Below the pieces are notes generated by a model. It searched no databases. It saw only the letters and a list, made by a program, of their open reading frames with translations, and was not told where the DNA came from. From Gemmatimonadota bacterium (lineage in GTDB: Bacteria; Gemmatimonadota; Gemmatimonadetes; Palauibacterales; KS3-K002): DNA of 37,283 bases. A program made the translations under genes and the position numbers. The number at the start of each line of letters is the position of its first letter. Within the stretch, counting starts at the first letter, position 1. Below are positions 1-7,197 of the stretch, piece by piece. The stretch lies in the NCBI GenBank assembly GCA_039586795.1, contig JBDHJS010000034.1, forward strand, positions 70,918 through 108,200, written 5' to 3'.

Positions 1-11
1 GTTCACCCTTC

Positions 12-1655
12 TCAGTTCTGCTGGCCGCGCCCGTAACGGCGCTCCATTTCTTCCCTAATCCTGGCTGCCTGCCCTTCGGCGCCTTCCTCGAACCAGATGT
101 GCTCCGGTCGAGCGAGGATGTCGTTCAAGATCGTCTCGACCGCCGTCGCTTCCGCGCGGTGGCCTTCGGCCCGGGCATGGCTGATGATCTCACGCGTTTG
201 CGGAACCAGCTCCATGTAGAAGCGCTCGGCGACCTCGTACATGCCGTGCCAGTGCGTGTAGTCCGGCGCCATCATCGACGCGCCATGACGCGCACGCCGA
301 CCCTCGTGGTGCCACAGATAGAACCACGTCCACTCGACTTCCTCGTCGAATTGGGTCGGCGTCCGTAGACCGTTCTGCACCAACGCACCCATGATCGCCA
401 GACCCGGCTTCGCGAATTTTTCGTTGTACAGAATCACCAGGTTGTCGTACTGCGTGTAGAAGTCTCTCACGTACGAGTCGGTGTGGCAGTGCGAGCAGAC
501 TTCTTTCATCCGATCCCGCTTCTGCTCCGCCGAATCGTGGATCAGCGCCCGCCGCTCCTCCGGGTCGGTCTCCGTGACGATGCTGTGGTTGATGTCCGTA
601 TCCATCACCAGGCTCACCGCCGGACGGTTGGTCCACGATATCCGTTCGCCCGGATCGTGCGTGATGCGACCGCCATTCCGGATGTTGCCGGACATGTGAC
701 ACGTAGCGCAGGTCGGCGCCGCCGCATAGTCGACACCCAGAATCCACTGCTCGGCGTCCAGGTTCAGGTCGTCCTTCAGGTCCCGGTACGCGATACCGTG
801 CTTCGACTCCTCGTAAATCTCCTTTTGCGGGTGGTCCGGACCCAGATGACACTTGCCGCAGTTCTCCGGCTGGCGCGCCCGGCGCGGCGAGAAGTCGTGT
901 CGACTGTGACAAGCGGTGCAGGAGCCTCGGCTACCGTCCAGGTTCAGGCGCCCGATCCCCGTGTTGGGCCACGTCCGTGCGGACATCACCGGCTTGCCGT
1001 CCTCGTCCCGTACGATCCGGCTTACCGCATCCAGGTTTGTCGGTCGCCCCTCGGCATCCGGCTCGAGGTCGTCCACCGTGACGACTCCGCCGTCCGTGGA
1101 TGTAATTGCGACCTTTGAACCATGACACTGCTGGCACCCCGAGTTGGCGCTGGCGAAACCGTTGACGGACTGAACGTCTTTGCCCGGCGTCGGCGAGTGC
1201 GGGTTGAACGAGAAACGCGCGCCCTCCACCGTCTCCGCCAGGAAGTTGTCCAGCGAGGCGAGGATGTTGCCGCCCGCCGCGTGATGGCTCTGAGAGAACT
1301 CGCTCGCCTCATGATCGTGGCAGCGCGCGCAGTCGCGCGGCGTGACGATAGTGGCGATCTGCTCACCGTGGTGCAGATAGCTGTCCGCCTCGTCGCGCTC
1401 GGCCCAGTGACACTCGACGCAACCGACGCCTTTCTCGGCGTGCGTGCTGCCCTCCCAATGCGCGACGATCCCCGGGTTCTCCTCGGCGTGACATTCCACG
1501 CACTCCCTGGAGTTCGCAGGCACGGAGATGTGTGGAGCGCGGATTCCCGCTTCCTCCGCCTTCCGCGCCGTCTCCATCCACTGCACGAAGACGAGCGACA
1601 ACAGAAACAGCCCGCCCAGCGCGGCAATCACGATTCGCTTGGTCTCGAGACTCAT
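12..1655 (-). CDS. Octaheme c-type cytochrome, hydroxylamine oxidoreductase (HAO)-like, with N-terminal membrane anchor
   Basis: Eight CxxCH motifs (CVECH, CVECH, CARCH, CQQCH, CTACH, CGKCH, CATCH, CSHCH); HAO-family segments CGKCHLGPDHPQKEIYEESKHG and WHHEGRRARHGASMMAPDYTHWHG; N-terminal hydrophobic helix. Confidence 0.92.
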   Translation of the reverse strand: MSLETKRIVIAALGGLFLLSLVFVQWMETARKAEEAGIRAPHISVPANSRECVECHAEENPGIVAHWEGSTHAEKGVGCVECHWAERDEADSYLHHGEQIATIVTPRDCARCHDHEASEFSQSHHAAGGNILASLDNFLAETVEGARFSFNPHSPTPGKDVQSVNGFASANSGCQQCHGSKVAITSTDGGVVTVDDLEPDAEGRPTNLDAVSRIVRDEDGKPVMSARTWPNTGIGRLNLDGSRGSCTACHSRHDFSPRRARQPENCGKCHLGPDHPQKEIYEESKHGIAYRDLKDDLNLDAEQWILGVDYAAAPTCATCHMSGNIRNGGRITHDPGERISWTNRPAVSLVMDTDINHSIVTETDPEERRALIHDSAEQKRDRMKEVCSHCHTDSYVRDFYTQYDNLVILYNEKFAKPGLAIMGALVQNGLRTPTQFDEEVEWTWFYLWHHEGRRARHGASMMAPDYTHWHGMYEVAERFYMELVPQTREIISHARAEGHRAEATAVETILNDILARPEHIWFEEGAEGQAARIREEMERRYGRGQQN

Positions 1656-1710
1656 GGATTACCCTCGATTCGTACTATTGCCCAAACCATCTCTTATGAT
1701 CAGCCAACTC

Positions 1711-1758
1711 CTGCTCCTGCTTGTGCTCGCGATCCTGATCGTGATCGCAGTCGCGATC
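1711..1758. repeat. Eight degenerate hexamer tandem units in the cytochrome b / octaheme spacer
   Basis: ctgctc ctgctt gtgctc gcgatc ctgatc gtgatc gcagtc gcgatc read directly. Confidence 0.7.
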
Positions 1759-1763
1759 GACAA

Positions 1764-2813
1764 CTAATGCCTAGCCACCGCCTCCCAAACCGTCATCACG
1801 ATGATCGCCAGCGCAGCAAGTATCCCCACATACACGCTGAACTCCTGGAACCTCGTATGCTTCCGAACCCACCCATCGATGAACGGCCAGGCAAACATCA
1901 CGAACACGATGAACCCCATGCTCAACACCGCTGCCGTACCACTGAACAACTTCAACCACCGGAACGCCACATAGAAAAACCACTCCGGCTTAATGATGTC
2001 CGGCGTCTGCAACGGGTTAGCCGGTTCGCCGAGCGTGGCCGGGAAGATCGTTGCCAGCGCGCTCAGCAAGATCATCAAGACGAGACCGATCATCAGCTCG
2101 GTGTAAAGATGGTCCGGGAAGAAGTTGAACGTCTTCGGCGCACCAGACTCCTCATCCTTGAATCGGAACTCGGTAACGCCCTGCAGACGGATGACCGTGA
2201 TGTGCACCGCTACCAACAACGTGATCATCACCGGTAGGATGGCGGCATGAAGCACGAAGAAGCGCGATAAGGTCGCCTGGTTGTAACTATCACCAGCCAA
2301 CATCATCCGCTTCATGAACCCGCCGACCAGCGGAACGGTGTCAGAGATGTTTGCCCCAACCGTCGCGCCCCAGAAGCTCAGCTGCTCGAACACCAGGCTG
2401 TATCCGGTGAACCCGGTCAGCAGCGTGCAGATGAGCAGGCACATCCCGATCATCCAGTTGATCTCACGCGGCCGCCGGTAGGCGCCGGTGAAGAATACCC
2501 GGATCTGGTGCAGGATCACCGCCACGATCATCAGCGTCGCCGCCCACTTGTGGACGCTCCTGACGTACCAGCCGAATGATACTTCGTTTGTGATGAACTC
2601 GACCGATTGGTACGCCGTCGACGGAGAGGCCTCGTAGTAGAAGGCAAGCAAGATCCCGGTGAAGATCTGCACGACAAACAAATACGCTGGTGTTCCGCCC
2701 AGGGCGAACCACCAGCGCTTCAGATGATACGGTACAGGTTCATTGGTGAGCTCACGAAACTGTCGCCCTGAAATGGGCAAGCGCTCACCGAACCAGCGAC
2801 GCACGATTCTCAT
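1764..2813 (-). CDS. qcrB: Cytochrome b subunit of a Rieske/cytochrome b complex (b6-like part fused to subunit IV-like part)
   Basis: Heme b His pairs RSVHKW...ILHQIR and VLHAA...AVHIT; REINWMIG, GFTGYSL, FWGATV; Qo-site motif KPEWFF. Confidence 0.95.
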   Translation of the reverse strand: MRIVRRWFGERLPISGRQFRELTNEPVPYHLKRWWFALGGTPAYLFVVQIFTGILLAFYYEASPSTAYQSVEFITNEVSFGWYVRSVHKWAATLMIVAVILHQIRVFFTGAYRRPREINWMIGMCLLICTLLTGFTGYSLVFEQLSFWGATVGANISDTVPLVGGFMKRMMLAGDSYNQATLSRFFVLHAAILPVMITLLVAVHITVIRLQGVTEFRFKDEESGAPKTFNFFPDHLYTELMIGLVLMILLSALATIFPATLGEPANPLQTPDIIKPEWFFYVAFRWLKLFSGTAAVLSMGFIVFVMFAWPFIDGWVRKHTRFQEFSVYVGILAALAIIVMTVWEAVARH

Positions 2814-2846
2814 CGCATCCGTCTCCCGGTACGGACATCGCCGGCG

Positions 2847-3467
2847 TTACGCATTACGATTGCGATCCGTCCCCCGTGGACGGCCGCCCAGACAAGGATC
2901 ATGCCCCGGCCCGCTGATGCAATCCTCGTCCTCGATGATTCCACTCTCGTCTGCCGCCGAGAACTGCGGCGGCGGTACGGCGATCATCAAAAGCCCGTTC
3001 TCGACCTTCAGCTCGTAGCGTCCCAGCGATTGGCCGGCTTCACCTGGCGGACCCGCCGTGGCTTTACCCGAAGGATCGAATACGCCGTTGTGACATGGAC
3101 AGAAGAAACGATTGTTCTGCGCCTCCCAGCGGACCTGGCACCCCAGATGGGGGCAGGTGCTGGACAGCGCTATGAAGTCGTCCGCGTTCCCCTCACGGCT
3201 CCGCCGCGTGATGTTGATCGTCTCGCCCGACGGGCCGCGATAGCGGATCGCCTCACCCACTTCAATCCCCGCCACCTCGGCCACGAACTGCCACATGGCC
3301 ACGCCGGACGACGCCGGGTACAGGTAGCGACCCGCCACAAGCACGAAGCCGCCGTAGCCGCCCACCAGGCCCGCGGTCATCGCCGCGCGCGACGCGTTCT
3401 TCAGAAAATCACGACGGTCGCTGCCTTCGCCTTCGGTCCCCGACCCTCGTTTCTCTTCGTCCGCCAT
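2847..3467 (-). CDS. qcrA: Rieske 2Fe-2S subunit with Tat signal
   Basis: RRDFLK Tat motif plus hydrophobic helix; boxes CPHLGC and CPCHNG; adjacent to cytochrome b. Confidence 0.95.
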   Translation of the reverse strand: MADEEKRGSGTEGEGSDRRDFLKNASRAAMTAGLVGGYGGFVLVAGRYLYPASSGVAMWQFVAEVAGIEVGEAIRYRGPSGETINITRRSREGNADDFIALSSTCPHLGCQVRWEAQNNRFFCPCHNGVFDPSGKATAGPPGEAGQSLGRYELKVENGLLMIAVPPPQFSAADESGIIEDEDCISGPGHDPCLGGRPRGTDRNRNA

Positions 3468-3633
3468 CTCTGATTCCTCGAGTTGGACCGCCGCGCGTCC
3501 TGCGCCGCAGAGCCTCCGTTTCGAAGGAGACGTTTCCTATGTCGTTGAACTGCAGTCGGTTACGGTCTTGTGGCGACCGACGGGATCGCCGGCCCGGGCC
3601 CGGCTGATCCTGACTATTCTCATATTGATATCC

Positions 3634-3661
3634 AAAATAGGCGTGACGATCATTTCGTCAA
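3634..3661 (-). promoter_or_regulatory. Putative sigma70 promoter of the Rieske operon with overlapping palindrome
   Basis: Minus strand TTGACG-N16-TATTTT; TGACGA-N5-TCGTCA inverted repeat at 3644-3660. Confidence 0.45.
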
Positions 3662-3767
3662 TACGCCTTCTCCGGATCAAACTGGAAGTTGATGCTTGGG
3701 CTCGGCCCCAACGGCCGCAGCGGTCAGTCTCGTTGTTTGGGCACGCTTCGTCAACCCGTGACGAAAA

Positions 3768-4649
3768 TCACCGATCCACCAATTCCAGGTCGACCATGAC
3801 GCCGACGTGGTCCGAGATGACGGCGTCCGGCTGGTCGATGACGGTGCGGGCTTGTTTGACGGTCCACCCATGACGGGAGCCGGGTCTGACGAGGACGTAG
3901 TCGTAGCGCTCGTCAGTCTTGGTCTCCTGATATGGAAGGGCGGCGTAACGGTTACGGCTGGGGACCCAGGTTGCGGTGAGCTCCGGGGGCGTGGGGTTCG
4001 GCGGCAACGGGTCGTTGAACCCTGCCTCCATCAGCGCCGCGTACTCGGGTGCGTAGGGGTTCTCAGCGCCGGGAGGTTCAGGATACCGCACTGTCGGCGA
4101 CGTATTGATGTCGCCCGCCAAAACAGTAGGGCGGCCGTCGGCCTCGGCGTCGAGCGCCTCCAGAAGGCGCGGGAGCTGTTCCATCCGAACGCCGGTGTCC
4201 CTTGGCCTGGTGCCCGCATACAGATGGATCGCGAACACGGACAGCGGACCCTGCGCGGTATCGAGGTGAACGACCATCGCCCCCTTGCGACCCACACGCT
4301 CGTCGGGCTTCGATCCGATGTCGGCTGGGTGGGCGATGAAGCGGCTTCCCGTGATCGGCAGGCGCGACAGAACGAGCAAGCCACCCGTAGTATCGATGGG
4401 CACCAGCTTCAGGATCCGGCGTGAGCGAGTCGCCTCGGGCGTGGTCTCGTAGGGCGGGCAAAGCTCACGCAGCAGGCGCCGTCGGGCGCCCACATCGAAC
4501 ATCTCCTGCAGCACGATGATATCCGCATTCAGCTCGGCCAGCGCCTGCGGTAAGCGTTTCAGCCGCCGCCGCTTCTCCTGCGAAGGGATTCTGACTGGAA
4601 GGGCCCACGCGTTGAACGTGACGAGCCGCAGTGCTGTGGTCTTGGACAT
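3768..4649 (-). CDS. Endonuclease/exonuclease/phosphatase (EEP) family hydrolase, sphingomyelinase-like
   Basis: Motifs VTFNAW, LQEMF, IHL, GDIN, YDY, SDH; start moved to ATG 4649 (MSKTTALR), ORF is open to 4688. Confidence 0.88.
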   Translation of the reverse strand: MSKTTALRLVTFNAWALPVRIPSQEKRRRLKRLPQALAELNADIIVLQEMFDVGARRRLLRELCPPYETTPEATRSRRILKLVPIDTTGGLLVLSRLPITGSRFIAHPADIGSKPDERVGRKGAMVVHLDTAQGPLSVFAIHLYAGTRPRDTGVRMEQLPRLLEALDAEADGRPTVLAGDINTSPTVRYPEPPGAENPYAPEYAALMEAGFNDPLPPNPTPPELTATWVPSRNRYAALPYQETKTDERYDYVLVRPGSRHGWTVKQARTVIDQPDAVISDHVGVMVDLELVDR

Positions 4650-4776
4650 GGCCACTAAGAAAAGCATGCGGCCGCCGGGGTCAAGCATAGCCGCACAGGT
4701 GACGATAGGAACGGCGGGCGCGACCGGACGATGCCGTCCGATCCACGCCCGCCGCGATTCCCCGGTCTGCCCCTGC

Positions 4777-5211
4777 TCACCGCTCCCGTTCGTCGTCTCT
4801 GAAATGCTTTTCTCTTACCTCGCCGCTACCATCACCCGCTTGTCCGCCGCGGGTGGCAACGCTCACTCTGGCTCGGCCTAGCGCCGCGCCGTACTCCGCC
4901 TCGATGGTCACGGACCCTTCGGCGAGCCCTTCGACGATGCCATCGGGTGTGATTAGGGCCACCGCAGGATTGTCGCTGGTCCAAACAACCGCCGTCGGAG
5001 CAAGATACTCGTCGTCCATTCTAGCCCGGAGTTGCACCTTCGCCCCAATGGTCAGTTCCAAGGCGGCCGGCTGGACGATAATCTGCTCCTCACCTGCTGG
5101 CTGGCCCAGCCTCCCCGCCTTTGGTCCGGTGGGGTCTTCATCGCAAGCCTGGACAAGCACCAGTGCCATCAACGCGAGGACGGCACCCCAGTATCTATTC
5201 TGAATCTTCAT
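4777..5211 (-). CDS. Lipoprotein with bacterial Ig-like (Big_2) domain
   Basis: Signal with lipobox VQAC; VQPAALEL...WTSDNPAVALITPDGIVEGLAEGSVTIEA Big_2 pattern; GGAGG upstream of ATG 5211. Confidence 0.8.
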   Translation of the reverse strand: MKIQNRYWGAVLALMALVLVQACDEDPTGPKAGRLGQPAGEEQIIVQPAALELTIGAKVQLRARMDDEYLAPTAVVWTSDNPAVALITPDGIVEGLAEGSVTIEAEYGAALGRARVSVATRGGQAGDGSGEVREKHFRDDERER

Positions 5212-5338
5212 TTCATTTGCCTCCGTTAACCCATGCTCCGTTCTGCCTGTAGCGCCTTGCTGCGCTCCGTTTGTCAATGCGAGGCGTTGCCTCACGCGTC
5301 CCAAGCTAGAGCGCGCCCTCAGCTGGTATTCATGTGGA

Positions 5339-5403
5339 TGTCAGCCGGCTGACAGGCCCATCAGGTGGCGATCAAGTAGTCGATCAGGTGGCTATCATGT
5401 AGC
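5339..5403. promoter_or_regulatory. Perfect 16-bp palindrome plus four direct repeats at 11-12 bp spacing
   Basis: tgtcagccggctgaca (5339-5354); atcaggtggc 5360, atcaagtagt 5371, atcaggtggc 5383, atcatgtagc 5394. Confidence 0.55.
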
Positions 5404-5422
5404 CTTGTGGAGGCGAGAAGAG

Positions 5423-5477
5423 TGCTTAATCCTCAACACCCAGGTGAGCGTTGAGGATTAGGTGTTGGGTGTTGAGC
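5423..5477. repeat. Heptamer-built palindromic intergenic element, copy 1
   Basis: 11-bp stem taatcctcaac/gttgaggatta followed by ggtgttgggtgttgagc; closely related to 7113-7188. Confidence 0.85.
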
Positions 5478-5531
5478 TATCTACCACCGGAGTCTAGCCC
5501 CGGCTCCCAACGCGACTAGATTCAGCGCCCT

Positions 5532-7109
5532 ATGCACGACTCTTCCATCGATGGACCGGACTCGGTAGAACGACCAGCAACGCACTCCACGCCCCAGCTC
5601 GCCGTGGTGGTCGTGGGCGCGCTGGTCGCGCTCAAGCTGATCCTCCACTTCGCGACCACGTTGTCCGGCGCCTACGAGTTCCACCGCGACGCGTTCCTCT
5701 ACATGGCGATGGGTGAGCATCTGCGGCTGTTCACGATGGACTTTCCGCCGTTCATCGGGATGGTCTCGGAGGTCACCCGGGCGGTTCTGGGCGATTCGCT
5801 GTTCGCGCTCCGCCTGCCGCCGGCGCTGTTCGGTGCAGGACTCGTATTGATCGCTGCGCTTGCGGCGCGCGAGCTGGGCGGTGATCGCTTCGCTCAAGGT
5901 CTTGCCGCGCTGGCGGTGATCGCCAACGGGCTGTTCCTCCGATCCGCCAACCTCTTCCAGCCCGTCGTGATGGACCAGTTCTGGTGGACGCTTGCCCTGT
6001 TCGCTCTGCTCAAGCTGGCGAAGACCGAAGAGCCACGCTGGTGGATCGTCTTCGGCACGACCCTCGGGTTGGGGCTGCTCACCAAGTTCAGCATGCTGGT
6101 CTTTGGCTTCGCCGCGACCATCGCGCTGGTGGCCACACCAATGCGGCGCGTCTTTCTGACGCGCTGGCCGTGGCTCTCCGCGGGCAGCGCTTTCCTGATT
6201 GGCAGTCCCTCGTTCATTGGGCAGATCCGATTGGGCTGGCCGCTGTTCGACCAGATGGGCGATCTGCGCAGTGCCCAACTGGCCCGCGTGACGCCGCTGG
6301 AGTTCATCCTGTCGCAGCCGATGATGGGCCTTGGCTTCTTCGTCGCCATCATCGGCATCGCGGCACTACTCGTCGTGCCGGAGTGGCGGCGCTACCGAGT
6401 CATAGGCTGGACGGCGGTTTTCGCCTTCCTCACCCTGCTTCTGCTCAAGGGGAAACCTTACTACCTGGGCCCGATCTACCCGGTGCTGTTCGGAGCGGGG
6501 GCGGTGATCCTGGGAGCGATCAAGAGACATCCCTGGGGCGCGGTCACCCGCTGGGGTGCCGTGGTCGTGATTGCCGGCTATGCACTGGTCACGCTGCCGC
6601 TCGGATTACCGATGCTCGCGCCGCCCGCGATGGAACGCTACCTGGCCTGGCTGAACATGGAGGGTGCTACCGAGACCAACGTCGGGGCGCAGGAGCGGCT
6701 TCCACAGGACTATGCCGACATGCTGAACTGGCGGGAGCAGGTTGAGGAGGTGGCCCGGGTGTATCACGCGCTACCCACTGTCGACCGCGAGCGGGCCGTC
6801 ATCCTGGCTAGCAACTACGGCGAGGCCGGCGCCATCGATTTCTACGGCCCGCGCTACGACATCCCCAAGGCCCGGGCGTTCGTGGGCAGCTATTGGTTCT
6901 TCGGCCCCGGTGAGCTTCCTGGCGACGTGACTATCCTGCACGGGTTTGAAGAGGATGATTTCGCCGACTTCTGTGGTCAGCACGAGGCGGCGGGCTATGT
7001 CGATCACCCATATGCGGTGGCCGAGCAGAGGGATCTCACGATCTACATTTGTCGTGAGCCGCGGGAAACACTGCAGCAGCTCTGGCCTCGGCTCGAAGGC
7101 GAGCAATAG
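5532..7109 (+). CDS. GT-C membrane glycosyltransferase (PMT_2 / ArnT-like)
   Basis: Many TM segments; YEFHRDAFLY, LFALRLPPALF, GLGLLTKFS, KGKPYYLGPIYP; periplasmic C-terminal NYGEAGAIDFY. Confidence 0.85.
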   Translation: MHDSSIDGPDSVERPATHSTPQLAVVVVGALVALKLILHFATTLSGAYEFHRDAFLYMAMGEHLRLFTMDFPPFIGMVSEVTRAVLGDSLFALRLPPALFGAGLVLIAALAARELGGDRFAQGLAALAVIANGLFLRSANLFQPVVMDQFWWTLALFALLKLAKTEEPRWWIVFGTTLGLGLLTKFSMLVFGFAATIALVATPMRRVFLTRWPWLSAGSAFLIGSPSFIGQIRLGWPLFDQMGDLRSAQLARVTPLEFILSQPMMGLGFFVAIIGIAALLVVPEWRRYRVIGWTAVFAFLTLLLLKGKPYYLGPIYPVLFGAGAVILGAIKRHPWGAVTRWGAVVVIAGYALVTLPLGLPMLAPPAMERYLAWLNMEGATETNVGAQERLPQDYADMLNWREQVEEVARVYHALPTVDRERAVILASNYGEAGAIDFYGPRYDIPKARAFVGSYWFFGPGELPGDVTILHGFEEDDFADFCGQHEAAGYVDHPYAVAEQRDLTIYICREPRETLQQLWPRLEGEQ

Positions 7110-7112
7110 TCT

Positions 7113-7188
7113 TGCTTAATGCTCAACACCTAACACCGAATCCTCAATCATCGGGCGATCATTGAGGATTAGGTGTTAGGTGTTAGGT
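7113..7188. repeat. Heptamer-built palindromic element, copy 2 (also a plausible bidirectional terminator between convergent genes)
   Basis: 24-bp stem with one mismatch: aacacctaacaccgaatcctcaat / attgaggattaggtgttaggtgtt around a 12-nt loop. Confidence 0.85.
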
Positions 7189-7197
7189 ACTCAGATC

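Noticed and set aside
1..11. Possible GTG start of a fourth operon gene at base 6 on the minus strand
   Set aside because: Only two codons are visible, so it cannot be supported from this window
12..1655. Reading the HAO-like gene as evidence of ammonia oxidation or anammox
   Set aside because: Cross-link Tyr appears absent, and no amo, cycA/cycB or hzs genes are in the window
1528..1767. Plus-strand ORF ending in a hydrophobic stretch (LLLLLVLAILIVIAVAID)
   Set aside because: Antisense within the operon; the hydrophobicity is a by-product of the hexamer repeat
3468..3620. c-di-GMP or other riboswitch in the Rieske leader
   Set aside because: Hairpins are present but conserved riboswitch motifs could not be matched by eye; needs an Infernal scan
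5423..7188. CRISPR array, IS element or canonical integron
   Set aside because: Only two copies 1.6 kb apart, no spacers, no cas, transposase or integrase genes, and attC bulges are absent
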